Below, piece after piece: positions 22,593-37,155 of a stretch of DNA of 64,000 nucleotides (position 1 is the stretch's first letter; every line of letters starts with the position of its first letter). Below the pieces are notes generated by a model, which was not told where the DNA came from, did not search any database, and worked only from the letters and a program-made list of their open reading frames with translations. The stretch covers positions 80,538,001 to 80,602,000 of the forward strand of contig CM069134.1 of the NCBI GenBank assembly GCA_035221665.1, read 5' to 3'. Origin of the DNA: Okamejei kenojei. Lineage: Eukaryota. The position numbers and the translations under genes were made by a program.

Positions 22593-25500
22593 CAGGTGTG
22601 GAAAATAGTGCATCAGTTGACTCCTGTTTGCTTTGCTCAACTACAGGCCCGTGAGTGAATACAATGATTGACAGCTGCATGGTTTCACAATTATTCAGGA
22701 GGACAGATGTCTTCCTGAAATATTCCTCACGTCTGTGCTTGGGATGGAATTGAAGGGGTCTCTTATTTGCAAGTTATTGCTTTCCCGCCACCAATTTACA
22801 TTTTTACTTTCTCCTTTCTGGCCCCCCCTACGGCATTCTGACTGCCTTATATAAGCATGATATTTTAATTCTGCATCCAAGACCACATGCATTGATTTCC
22901 TTGGAAAGAAATATGCTGAACATTTCAATTCATTTTTGAAGCAAAAACTCCTCCAAATGTGGAAATCTGAAACTAATGCAGAAAGCACCAAAGAACATTC
23001 AGCAGGTCAGGCAGCAACTTGCAGAGGAAAACAGAGTGGATGTTTCAGGTCAGGGGAATCTTTCATCCACCAATACTGCCAGACTTATGTTTTTTTTCTG
23101 GCGTTTTCTGTTTTTCCTCAATTTTGTTGTTTTTCTTTGAAATTGTATGGTGAACCTCGATCCACTGGGATTATCTAAGGTGAGCAGCAAATCAGCTGCT
23201 GGCTGCCACTAAAGTTAATTAATTCCTAATACTTCAACTGGGCTGAGTAGAATATGCGTGTGTCAATAGTTCCTAATACAGAAGTTCCTAATACAGACCA
23301 GATGTTTTCCATGTGACTGTTTGCACCTGGTGATAGACTGTTGCGATGAATGTATGCAAATATCTTCAAAGAATTGAAAGTCCCTGACACCAGACTGCTA
23401 GGTTGTGTTCTAGTCGAAATGTACAAACTGTCTTTATTTCCTGTTGTGGTCCACAGCCCACATATCTTATTGCTTTAGATTCACAACTAAAAAATGCCTC
23501 CAGGGATGAACTTAATGACCACTGCAATAACTGGTATTTAATGTACTCGTGAAGTACATGTGAAACCTCATTGGAGATTATAGTCCGGTTTTGGACTTGT
23601 ATCTGCAGAATTTAGAAGTGAGAGATGAGATGTAATTGAAGCACAAATTCTTGAGGGGAACAAGATTTTCTCTTGAGATAGACAATAGGTGCAGGAGAGG
23701 GCCTTTCGGTCCTTCAAGCCAGCACCGCCATTCACTGTGATCATGGCTGATCATCCACAATCAGTACCCTGTTCCTGCCTTCTCCACATATCCATTGAAT
23801 AGAATCCCATTCTGGACTAGAATCCCATATCAATTAATCTAGAACAATGTTTGTTTAAGAAGGAACTGCAGACGCTGGAAAATCGAAGTTAGACAAAAAT
23901 GCTGGAGAAACTCAGTGGGTGAGGCAGCATCTATGGAGCGGAGGAAATAGTGACGTTTCGGGTCGAGACCCTTCTTCAGGCTGCATAAGGGACTTTGAAC
24001 AAGGGATCACTTTAAAACCCAGGGGTCTCCCATTTATACGGGTGAGGCAATAATTTGTGAAATCTTAAGAACTTAAGAAATAGGACCAGGCCAATCCATG
24101 CCTTGAATCTGCTCTGATGTTCAGTAAGGTCATGCTAATCCAGTTTCAGCCTCAGTGCTATTTCCTGCTCTTTCTCCATGGACCTTGAGTATATTTAATA
24201 ACTCCAAATCACAGCTCTCTGCGACAGAGAATTCCAAACGTTCTTCACACTCTGAGAGAAGAAATTCCACCACATCTTATGTCTTTCAAACATATTTTCT
24301 CAAAGGACATTGGAAGATTCTTTGAATGTTTTTAAGACAGCAAGTAAAGAAAAGGTGCAGAAATAGGCCATTTGGTCCGTCAAGCCTGATCTCTTCAGTA
24401 TGATTATGGCTGATCATATTCCATATCCCTGCACTTCCCATACCCCTCCATACGTTTTTTTTATGCACGTAAATCTACCTGTTTCTTGAAATATATTTAG
24501 TAACTAGGCCTCCATATAATCTGTGGTGGCATATTCCAGAAGTTAATCACCCTCGAGTGAATGAATACGTTTCTCCTTGTTTCAGTCCTGTATTCTTGTC
24601 AAATAAACCAGAGAGTGTGACTCGTGTTTGATATCCCACCAGGGGAATCAGCCTGCATGCATCATCAGAATTTGGTATGTTTCCATTATATCCCCTCATT
24701 CTCATTGATGAATACAAAGCTCGGCCACGACCTGTCATCAAAAGCCAGTTCTGCCATCCCAGAATGTAATAAATAGGAATTGCAGATGGTAGTTTATACC
24801 AAAAAATAAAGACACAAAATGCAGTATCCCTCTTGTGATCCTAAAAATGTGTCCCTCGTAGGATTGCACTGTCCCTAGAAGTTCGCAACAATGTATACCT
24901 CTTGGGATCGCACAGTCCTGAGCCAACAATCGGCCTATCAGGGAACCTCCCTTCCTGAGACCATTTGGTGCCGGCCCTGATTTGGCTTGGTCTTTTGCCT
25001 CCAGTCCTCTCTCTCTCTCCCCCCCTCACCCCCTTCAACAATAGGTCTCAAAAAGCTAAAATATTACTATCCATTTTCTCCAGAGATGCTGACTGACCAG
25101 CTGAGTTACTCCAGCATTTTGTGTCTATCTCTATCGTCCCAGGAATTAGTCCTGTGAACCTCAAGCTTTGTCTGTCCTTTGTGGGATTTGTGGAGCAGTC
25201 TTGTTTCAGGACCCACTCCCTCAGTTCTTTTTCCAATACATCAACAACTGCATTGGCGATGCAGGGGCCCTGGATGGAAGTTAAAGAGAACGTGCAGGGA
25301 CATGTGTCACGATTGCATGGGAAATTCATGGCAAGGGCTTTTTACAATTGAAGTGTCTGCCTGTTGAATATTTTTGGATTTATTTTGGTGTTTGCTGCCT
25401 GCCTTAGCTTCTACTCTTCCAGTGCAAGTGTTGCAATCTAGTGTGGTTATTGTCCAGTATATGTGCTTTCCTTTGACCCTGGTTTGCTGGTTCTGTAAGC

Positions 25501-28500
25501 TGAATTGTCCAATAGCTCCTCCATTGTATTAGACATAATATTGCAATTCAGAATTGTAATCCCTCTGGTGCTGAAGGAAACTATTATACTTTGCATTTGT
25601 ATGCATCAGGGGTGATATAAATTCAACCAGCCTAGTGCATTGATTACATTATTGCTCTTTGGTGTTTTGATCCAAGTAGAAGTTGTTCTAAAGTAATTTA
25701 TTCTATTCTCTTTCTACATTCTCCCTCAGCAGTGGACACATGAATGAAGTTCAGATTGAAAGAAACAATGGAAATCTCTGACATAGTAGAGTTTGAAGTT
25801 TCGCCTGGCAATTGAATTATTCTTGGGCAAGATTTGTTGTAGAAAGAAGTCTGTGATTCACTGTGCTCAAGAACTTTTCAGCTGTTGGGAGTTCATTACT
25901 GTACTGCCGACTGCCATCTCTGAAATGGCTTCTTTATCCTGCCTTTACTAAACCAGTGGTATCAATCGTGCAATCCATTCTGCACAAGATTATCTCACAA
26001 TATATTGTTTTGTTTGGAATCAATAATTTCAGTGTTAATCTACTTAAAATACCATTTAAAGATTACTGAAGTGTGTGATCAAATTACCTGCCCGCTGAGA
26101 TAGGACTTGTTCACTAAGCATTGTGTTGCACTATGATTCATGATTATGTTTGTTTGGTCTTTCATTATTTTAAATGAAATGGGCCAAACACAGAAAACCA
26201 TGTTAATTATAATGTGTTCTGAACTATTTTCAGATTTTGCCTTATTTGTAAAGGTATGTATGAAAAGGAGCATTGCATGTGTGTGTCAGCCCATGTCCCC
26301 AGAGCGTTAATGAATGTCATAACTTCAGGCATCGTGAGGAGATTATTACTTTTTAATCATGTGTCAATAGCAACAAATTCTCTACAGAAGCTTATAACAA
26401 GACTGTTAACTGACTGAGCACTCAGTGACCCTGTTCATCCTGTGGTTAAGAGAGTTCAAAATTCCCGTCCATGGTTTAGAGAATTTCTTGCTTTTTAATA
26501 GTTGAAGCTGTAGAAGTTTTTTAAAAAAATAACTCAGCATTTTAATTATTTACAGTTATAAGTATAAATAGCTCTCTAATTATATATTTTTTAAACATCT
26601 TGCACCTGCAGCAGTTGCTCGCTCCTCACTCAGGATCCTGGCCCTGTACAAAATATTTTTAATTGCAAATGTTGCAGTGATGTTGTACAAAGTTGGCTGA
26701 CCTCTACACCAAGCAAGGCAGCTGCCTTTTCAACCTCCCTTGCCCAAAGAGAGCATGCTATCCCACTCCAAGGAAGCCTACTTGCCTTTGGCCTGTAGAT
26801 AAATTGCCTAACCTAGATCTCCTCCTATGATCCTATACAATCTATATCCAGCATTCAGGTCTTCGAATTCCTAACCACCACTCACTAAGAGTGCTGCCTA
26901 TTGCCGGCGATGAGAGTAAAGCCTGTTTTTTACTTCACATCAGATTTTAGCTATTTGAGACTATGAAATAGTTGAAAAGGTTTGATTAAAAATAAGACAT
27001 CGTAATGATGCACATTCTCTTCCCAGGACCGCAAGAGACAATGAAAGTGAACTAGTAACATTGCAATTTACTAGATAATTGTGTTTGTGATAATTTGTTG
27101 CATAGCTTATCATGGGGCAAGTCTATTATTGGAGAAGAACAGCGGGCAGATAATATAATGCATTTAAAGACTATTTGCATGAAATTAATGGTCTGCCCAA
27201 ATTGAGAAAATAATGTAATGCATTTAAAATTTGAAGTGAATTTATTCATAATTTCACTTTATTAACGTAGTTTAATGTTTTCAGTAAGGCTCTAGTGTAA
27301 TTATGTGAATCACTAATTTAATGTGAATGGATTCAGCGAGATATTAATGTGTTGCAGCTCATGCTTGCTGCACTTACACTAAATTGCTTTGTGGCTATTC
27401 CAATAGCTTTGAATTGGCATCATATTTCATATTTTATCATCCGTTTTTAATTACAATTGAGAATTGTTTTCAATTTATTCAGATTATTGGAACATTAATT
27501 GTTTTATCTCAAATTACTTCAAGAGCAGGCTCTTTGTTCAACATGATTGAGTAATTAACTGACGTGCTCTTTCTGTCTGCAACCTCAGACTGTTTTGTAT
27601 TCTAATTATATTTTTAAGGTAAAGTTCCAACTCTGTTAATATTCTGAATGTATCCCTTCCTTTGCAGAACTAACAGTAAGTCATGGCCCAGTGATTATTC
27701 TTTTAGTCTCTCTACCTATTAATTCAATCTTTCTAACCTGTCAGCTGCCTTTCAAATAGGCATTGTACTGTGGGAACAAGATTGAGTATTGATAAAATAG
27801 AGGCAGAATGGCCCTGCTTCGTATTGATGCCAGGACAAATACAATTCTACACAAATACAATTACTGTCTCCTATTTCAAACTCACAGTTTGACCACTTAA
27901 GATTAGTTAATAAATAATTGTTGGAATTAAAAACGATCAACAAATGCAGAATCTGTTCTCAGCTGCTGTATGTAATACCTGCATCTAGTTATGGCCTGTT
28001 TTATTCATGAAGTAAATGGATTATCTTTATTTATTTACATGTACTACAGATCTGCATGGGTTTTCTCCGAAATTTTCGGTTTCCTCCCACGCTCCAAAGA
28101 TGTACAGGTTTGTAGGTTAATTGGCTAGGTAAATGTAAAAATTGCCCCTAGTGGGTGCAGGATAGTGTTAATGTGAGGGAATTGCTGGTCGGCATGGACC
28201 CGGTGGGCCAAAGGGCCTGTTGTCCGCACTGTATCTCTAAACTGGGTAAGTGGGCTGAAGAATGACAAATAGAATTTTATTCAGATAAGTGCAAGATGTT
28301 GCATTGTGGGAGTCAAACCAGGATAGGACTTTCACAGTGAACAATAGGGTCTAGAAATTGTTGTCAAACAGAGGGACCTAGAACAACAGTACCCTGAAAG
28401 TGACATCACAAAAGGGCTTTTGGCATGCTGGCCTTCATCAGTAACCCAGTTAGTGGGGAACATACCATTTTGTTGAAGAATGCAGGAATGATTTCCAAAC

Positions 28501-31500
28501 ATGTTGTTAGGGCTCAGTGGACTGAGTTATAGGCTAGGACTTTATTCCTCAAAGTATAGAAAACTGAGGGCTGATCTTATAGAGGTGTATAAAATCATAA
28601 AGGGCAAATGGTGAATGCACACAGATTGGGGAATTGAGAATTATGGGCCTGTCCTACAGGTGTCTTTTTAGGCGACTACAGGAGACTATGCAGTCGCCAC
28701 ATGTTCGCGGGTAGTTGTCGGGGAGTCGCCTTCATGGTCGTGAGGAGTTCCTGCATTCTGGGAACATGTTGAAAAATTAGCGGCGACTACAATAAAGCCG
28801 CCATTGAGAGTAGCGAGAACTCTCGTGCCGTAGGTGGGTCGCCAGGAGGTGCAAGTGGGTTGCCAGGAGTCGAAGGTTCTTGTAGGTTACAGCCGGTGCT
28901 GACCGGTGAATTTCATTGGCTCGTTGGGGAAAAAAAAAACGTAAGCAGTAGTTTTCAGAACCAAGGATATCCGACCGGTAAGCTTCACAGCCGTGTAGCT
29001 CTGGCTTGGACTTGAGCTGAGGCAAATTGTGAGCTAACCATCAGGGAAACGTGCTGATGGGAATCTGTCTGCCTAACAATCTGTTGTAGATGTATCTGTC
29101 CAACGCAGCACAGGTGATCACATTGTCCTAATAAGCATAAAATGATTTAGGTTTCTCCTTGTTTGTATCTGCCAAGGATAGTGCGTGGCCTTTTTGTGCC
29201 CCTAATTTATTTTGTGCTATTCTCCTGCACCATTGTTATTTCTCAAATGACTCACTTGATTGCAACTACACAAACCTGTCATGTTTCCTTCCCCCCCCCC
29301 CCCCCCCCCCCCCCCCCATCAAATCTTTAATGGCCTTGTTGCCCAATGCATTAAAGGGTTCAAAAGAGAATAGGAGGAGCAGCACTGAAGAGCGAGTGGT
29401 AAGGTGGTGAAGACACAGCAGTGGCGCCCTTGCACATTAGAGGGAAAAGTAACCATCCAACGAACACAATCAACGCCCAACATCTTGTCTCATTCATGCA
29501 TGGTTGCTGTTGGTCGCCGTGTGTGTGTGTATTGGGACGGGGATGGGCATTGTATAGGTCATCCTCAATGATAAGAGTAATAATCCGTAGTTGGTCTACA
29601 TTTTAACTGTATAGTTGAATAGCCACGGTGTCTTCTGAACTCCATTGATATACAGCACTCATAGGAATTGCTACAACGAATAAATAAAATTGAATCATTA
29701 CAATCAATACAGTGAATAAATAGAAAGCAACCCATTTCAAAGCGTTATAAAATATGATACAATTTAAAAAATAATAAAATCTCACTAAACAAATTTATTT
29801 CACGATAACCTAAGGGCCAAGGCCACCGGTGAGTATTTCCTGTAATGTTAATTTAATTCGGGGGTGGAACTAGTTGGCGCATTCACAAGAAATTCGCCCC
29901 TGACGTGAGCTGCATGCTACACACAATTAATCACAGCAAAAAGACGCACTCGCTCTTTTTAAAAAAAAAGTGATCTATAAGGTGCACCTTTAATCTGGTA
30001 TGAATCTAACGACAAAATGGCAATTTAATGAAAACTCTCCGAGATATTGAAACGCCATTTGGCGACTTGCCTAACGTGCGGAAAGGGCATGCTTGTCCAA
30101 AGTGACAGCGAGGCACAAGAACACGAGAAACAAGGGAGACTTCAGGCCTGCGGTTTATAACGAAAGTGGTTCACTTTGTTTAGTGGGTACTGTTTGGGAA
30201 TATTTTCTTTATCCTGCTGTGTTACTCCAGCACGATGCCCTTTTATCTGTTAACCAGCACCTGCAATTCTCTATTTCTCCATGTCAGTGCTCTCTGCCGC
30301 TTTACCTTACTCCACAACAAAGCAGCCACAGACCCAGTTCCAAACTGCCGTCAGCTTCCGAGAAAGGGTAATTTTACTCTGGGATTGTTATACATTCGTT
30401 TGATTTCAGCTGCAGCCTGTGCCTCTTAAATGATCTTAAAGCCGTAACAACTAACAATACGCTATGAAATAAATCACTGATTCCACACAAAATCTCACCC
30501 CACGCCTCTCAAATACCTACTAGTGTGGATCAACAAAATTCAAACCTGGACCCTTAGAATTTGCTAATTCATGTGGAACTCGAAGGATAAACTACTTTCT
30601 CAAACATACCTTACGCTTTATTTCATCAACCCAATACAATATCTGCAAATAAACTGACAGAAATATTTGACCAAAATGTTGCAAATTTTATTGTGCACTT
30701 GAAAATTACTTGATATCGGTCCCCCCAAAAAATGGTCCCGGACCATAATCATTAACCTGTTTCCTTTCTGTTGAGCCCTAATGTTTTCAGCAGTTCTTCA
30801 AAATCCCCAGCATTTGAGGACAGTTTTAAATGTGCCATTATAGGCAAGGCTAACATTTTTGTTCTTTCTGTAAGTACAGATTGTAAGCTGCATTAAAGTT
30901 CCACGTCGGCCATAGTGGGATCTGAGCTCAATTCACGAGATTGGCAGAGGGATAATTTAATCACAGTCTCATCACTATATGCCCCTCCCCCACGCTTCTG
31001 CCACACCGTGTTTGCTTTAATTTGTGAAAGTTATACTTTATTTATATTTGATCCCATAAACTTAGGACATCCCGATGTGTTATGTAATATAGCAGAAGAA
31101 TTAAATGTTCATTCAAGTCACACTTGAAGCGCCCATTTTGCGAGTTCTCACAAACAATATTATGATGCAGACTAAATGTTCTGTTTCGGAATGTTGACGG
31201 GGATAAATACTGAAATATTAGTTGCGACGCGCGAAATAACTTTTCCCTCTACTCAAAGGTTGTAGTAGTGTGAAATATATTTAAGTTCACATGTGGACCA
31301 AAGGGGCTCGGAAAGACGGCGTCGCTTGTAGCACATGAGCACCATACCAGATTGCCAGCCTGGATAAAGGGACTCGAGTCTCTGGAATGGTGTTGGAACA
31401 TAACCTACTAAAGCCTAAAGATAAAAGTGCATATTGACATGGCACTAATATCCCCATGTTTTTGATCCATTATCGAAGGATCATTTTCAATGCAATTACC

Positions 31501-34500
31501 CGAGCAAATCGTGTTAATTTTGTGAACGCCTTAAATCAGATCATACCCCAGTCGTTTGTATTTGACAGAAAAGAAAGTAAAGCCCACGGGGAAACATTTT
31601 ATTCCACTATTGTCACGTTATTAATTTGTCTTCGTTTTTTTTTAACTATCATCACATACTTTGCTACTTTTAACATGTTTTAAGGGAGGGTGAGGCAGGG
31701 AGGAAGTAAGAGAAGAATAAACAAATGTGCTAGGTATTCGTGGCAGAAATATGTAAATTCTCAAGTAACTGAACAGAACAAAGATGGACGAGTCTCTATA
31801 GGTTCAACCACGGCCTATCTGATAACTAGGCTAAGAGCTAAAGATTAAAGTTTACGGTTAAATGAACATTATTTCCTGTTTTGGCAACTTCGCGGACGGT
31901 TAATCAGATCTGCTAATGCAGAGGAAGTGGCATGCTGTGAACAGTTAAAATAACCGTTTGCCGTTCTGTAAAATATTTCAAACCTCTCCATTTGTTCCAC
32001 ACTGCACTTCTAAACACATACACAGATATTGTCACAGCACGTAGTACTTTCCTATGCTTATCTAGTTCCCTTTTTCACGATTGAATACGCTCCCATTTGA
32101 TTTAAACTAATGAATTCCACATCACATCAACTCATTGTTTAAAATGAAATAATATTCTTTTAACGTACCCCGACTATTTTCCCCAGAATGTAGGAACGTA
32201 GAAATAAGAAAGAATTGGTTATTTGACCTTTGAACCTGCTCCAAAATACTTTAGGACCATGGCTGATGCACTGCTGTATCTGTATTTTCTCATCCCATCT
32301 CTATTTCTTCCATTTCCATTCTTGTCTAAAAAGCCATGAACCCTAGTTACATACATAGACAATAGGTGCAGGGGTAGCGCCGCAATTCAATGTGATCATG
32401 GCTGATCATTCACAATCAGTACCCCGTTCCTGCCTTCTCCCCATACCACTTGATTCCCCCAGCCATAAGAGCTCTAACTCTATTTTGAATGCATCCAATG
32501 ATCGTCCACAATGATTTCCACAAATTCACGACTCGCTGTGTAAAAAAGTTTTTCCACATCTCAGTTCTAAATGGCCTACCCCTTATTCATGTTCGAATAT
32601 AAACGATAACTGAGCATTCACAGCAGTCTTAGATAATGTCAGAATACGTGTAACTGTTTGTATGGAGAAATGTCTCATCGTGTGAACCCTAAATGCTCAC
32701 CCCTTTTCTGAGATTCTGCACCTGGATGCAAACTCTCCACTCCGAGGAAACAGCCTTGTAATGTTCACTCTGCTAACCACCCTCTCCCTCAAAACCTTCC
32801 TCCACGAGATTACCCCCCATATTCCCAACTCTAGTGTGTATTGGACTGTCTTAATCTCGGCCCGTGGGACATTCTTTCCTATCCAAATATCAATGTAGAA
32901 AATCTGCACCACATTGACTTGGAAGGAAACGAATTCCTCCTTCGCTGTGGGCATCAAAACGATTTAAAATGGCTCACTAAACCCAAACTTTCTAGCTTCT
33001 CTTCTTTCAACCTTTGAACAGTTGTACTACATTTTCCATCCGAAAAGAGCTGCCCAGCATTTCCGGACTAAGCACGTGATTTAAGGCCTCTTTCCCTCGT
33101 GTTGCCCTTGTGATTCCCATCTGTGACGCTTCTCAGGCCTTGACATCCTTCCTAGAGCACGGTGCCGAGACCGGAAACAATATTCCACTTGAGGCAAACC
33201 TGTATTTTCTGTATGTATAAGCATTTGGTTAACAGGATTAAACTCAACAAGTAACTGAACATAGCTCAACAAGGAGCCATTCTTTACAACCAGTTCTTAT
33301 CAATGCTCCACATGAGCCTGCTCTCATTCCTTCGCATCTAAATCTCTCTAACTTGTTATTCCTGCCTCTCTGGTACGATTGTCTGGTCTCCCTTATAAAC
33401 GTATCAACAAAACCGGAGGCAGGAGTATTGACCAATCAAGGCCGCTGTATGATTTAACAAGATTATGGTTGATGATTTTTTTGAAATTCCAGCAACATTT
33501 TCTTGTCCTACCCGATTCCCCTAATATCTAGAATTTTTTGTCCCGAGGCAGATACGATAGTGGCATTTAAGCGGCTTTCAACTGGTACAGGGATATGGAG
33601 GGAATGGAGGGGTGTGGATCATATAGAGGAGATTCGTTTAACTTGGCACCATCTTCGACACGGACGGTGTGCTGTACTGAGTGGGATAGGTTGGATGCAG
33701 CAGATTAAAAATAATTTCCATATTTTACCCATCAGAGAATAAACTTTAAGTGCAAATTTTAGAGCTGAGAAGATCCCTTTATGCCTCTACCCACCAGGTC
33801 TCCATATTCTTCCTAGCAAAATGTATCACTTCACAGTTATCACTATTCCAGTATTTGTAAATGAGACATGTCAAGGGCACACACTGTAATCGTGTTAACA
33901 GCAAGTCATGTGCGCGCTCCAGGGTGGATTTAGCAGCAGCTCGTAAGCATGACATTACCACATCGCCTTTCGCGGAGCTGATCACACCAATGTATTCGAT
34001 GTTTATTATATTTTCTTTATCTTAATTATTGCGCAAAACTCAGACAAATAACTTCAGTAATTTGGATTTTTTGTTTTTGTGATTGGGAATCGGTTTCACT
34101 TTTCTGTCCCGGATGAGATCAACGCAAGTGGCTGCAATTAGATAAAACTAAATGCTGAAGAAGGCAAGTAGGAGAGGATTGAATTCCGGAAAGCGTGCTG
34201 TACAATTCCATGCTGGAAATTTTCAATACACATTGGGTTTATATTTCGGCGGTAAAATGGGATTGAGAGGGAAAGGTAAATCAGCCGCTATTGAATGGCA
34301 GAGTAGAATTGATGGGCCGAATGGCCTATTTCTGCTGCTTGAATGTATGAACTTGTATTTCAGAGAACACAGAGTGCTGGAGTAACTCAGGGGGCCAGGC
34401 AGCATCTCTTGAGGACATGATAGGCGACATTTCATGTCGGGACGCTTCTTGTATTGCAGGACTTTGTATCTTTTAGCACGAGTGAATTCCGTTGGATAAA

Positions 34501-35854
34501 TGAACCCACAAAATTCCAAAGCTAGACAAACGCGTTCGCCTGTTTGAGGAGATACAAGAGGCCCAATTCACTCCCAGCCCCATCTCTGGCATCACGCCAG
34601 CGCGGTGTTCACGCGATTTCGGTCTCTGAAACGGCCGTTAAGGTTCAGATCCTCACAAACAATCTTCCCAGAATTCACATTCACTTTCTTGAGAGGATTT
34701 CAATTCCTGGATGAGATTCGAAAATATGCCAGAGCAAAGAGATAAAGTCAGACTTTCCATTGCGCTTGCTAGATCATTTATGATACTTGTGAGTTTTTAA
34801 GTTCCTTTATGTATATTTTCTCGACGAAACTATCTCTCATTAAAAGCATGCTTAATAAAAACTGTGTCGATTTATTACAACTTACCTTATTACACGCTTA
34901 GGTTTTACCCAGCAACATCCGCGGAAAGAGAAGCAGTAAACGTTGCAAGTCGAGGCCACTTCGGAAATAAACGTTATTTATTTTTCTTTCATGTATGCTG
35001 CTTGGCCTTCTGATGGGTTTTTTTTTTCTATTGTTTCCGATTTACAGTATATGCAATTCAATTTTTTTTTATTAGTCTCCTTTAGGGGCAGCTGCACTTT
35101 GTGTTGAAATGATCACGAACTCAAGCAAAAGCATTAAACACTCACGGTGGAGGCAAGGAAGATGTAGTGTATAGTCACAGTCCCTAAAAAGGGTGCTAAA
35201 TTGCAACTATTGGGAAGATCTAAAGTATAATGGATTCAAACATCTCCATGTCTTATTACAGAGAGGCATCAACATTAACCTCATCTACACTTCACCCTAT
35301 CGTGGGAAAGCATCCAACAAAAATCGGGGTCTACTTTCACCCTTGTCATTCCCCGCTTCTTCTATCGGATGAAATAAACCAAAGCTTGAGCACATACTAT
35401 GAGATTCACAAACAGCTTTGTCCTTGCTATTATCAGATTACTGAATGTCCTCGCCTAAACTAGGATGTACTCCTGATCTACCAAACTACGTCATTGGGAA
35501 TCTTGTACTTTCTCTGCACCACTAATGCTGTACCACGATAATTTGCACTTTGATGGTTTTTTTTCTCTTTGCACTGCCTGCTGTACTTGTGTATGGTTTA
35601 ATTGTACTTGTGCGTGGAATGATTTGCAATATAGCATGCAAATTAAGTATTTTACTGTGTCTTGGTACATGTGACAATAAACTAATTCCTAAACAAAACA
35701 TTCAGCCTCACCATCAAACGTTTCGAGTGTCACATTAATAATCACCATAAGCAAAATTAAACTGAAATTGATCTCGGTTGTTAAATACCCAGTTACTGGT
35801 GTCAACATTGGAATAGAGTTAGGCACTAAACATATTTTAGAGTGGTATTTGGTT

Positions 35855-37155
35855 CGAGTCATAGTGATACGGTGTGGAAACAGGCCGTTCGGTCAACTAG
35901 CCCACACCGGTCAACATGTCCCAGCTACACTAGTCCCACTTGCCCGCACTTGGTCCATATCCCTCCAAACCCGTCCTATCCATTTACCTGTCTGACTGCT
36001 TCTTAAACGTTGGGATAGCCCAGCCTCAACTCCTCCTCTGGCAGTTTGTTCTATACACCCACCACCCTTTGTGTGAAAACGTTACCCCTCAGATTTTGAT
36101 TAAATATTTTCCCCTTCACCTTGAACCTATGTCCGCTGTTCCTCGATTCCTCCACTCTGGGCAAGAGACTCTGTGCATCTACCCGATCTATTCCTCTCGT
36201 GATTTTGTACACCTCTATAAGACCACCCCTCATTCTCCTGCACTCTAAGGAATAGAGACCCAGCCTACTCAACCTCGCCCTAAACTCACAACTAGTCCTA
36301 GCAACATCCTCGTAAATCTTCTCTGACCTCTTTCAAGTTTGACAATATCTTTCCTATACCATGGTGCCCAGAACTGAACACAATATTCTAAATGCGGTCT
36401 CACCAACATCTTATACAACTGCAACATGGCCTCCCAACTTCCATACTCTATACTCTGACTGATGAATGCCAATGTGCCAAAAGCCTTTTTGACCACCTTA
36501 CCTACCTGTGACTCAAGGAACCATGCATCTGCCTTCCTAGATCCCTCTGCTGTACAACACTCCCCAGAGGCCTACCATTCAAAGTGTAGGTCCAGTGCCC
36601 TTGTTCGACATCCCAAATTGCAACACCTCACACATCTCTGTATTAAATTTCATCAACCAATCTCAGCCAGCTGGCCAATCGATCCAGATCCTGCTGCAAT
36701 CTTTCACAACCATCTTCACTATCTGCAAACCCACCCACTTTTGTATCATCAGCAAACTTGCTAATCTTGCTCTGTATGTTCTCATCCAAATCATTGATGT
36801 AGATGACAAACAGTAATAGGCCCAGCACCAACCCCGAGGTACACCACTAGTCACAGGTCTCCAGTCCGAGAAGCAACCTTCCGCCATAACCGTCTGCTTC
36901 CTTCCATGGAGCCAATTTGCTATCCATTCAGCTATCTCTCATTGGATCCCATGCCTTCCAGAGCAGCCTACCATGCGGAACCTTGTCAAATACCTTACTG
37001 AAATCCACGTACATAACATCTACAGCTCTACCCTCCTCGACCTTTTTTGTCACGTCTTCACCACACGTGAGACACGACCTCCCACGTACAAAACCATGCT
37101 GACTATCCCTAATCAGCCCTTGCACGTCCAAATGCCTGTATAACCTATCCCTCAG
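35855..37155 (-). mobile_element. CR1/L2-type LINE RT fragment
   Basis: SQHGFVRGRSCLT, YVDFSKVFDKVPH, LLFVIYINDLD, FADDTK, LVRPHLEYCVQFWAP. Confidence 0.92.
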
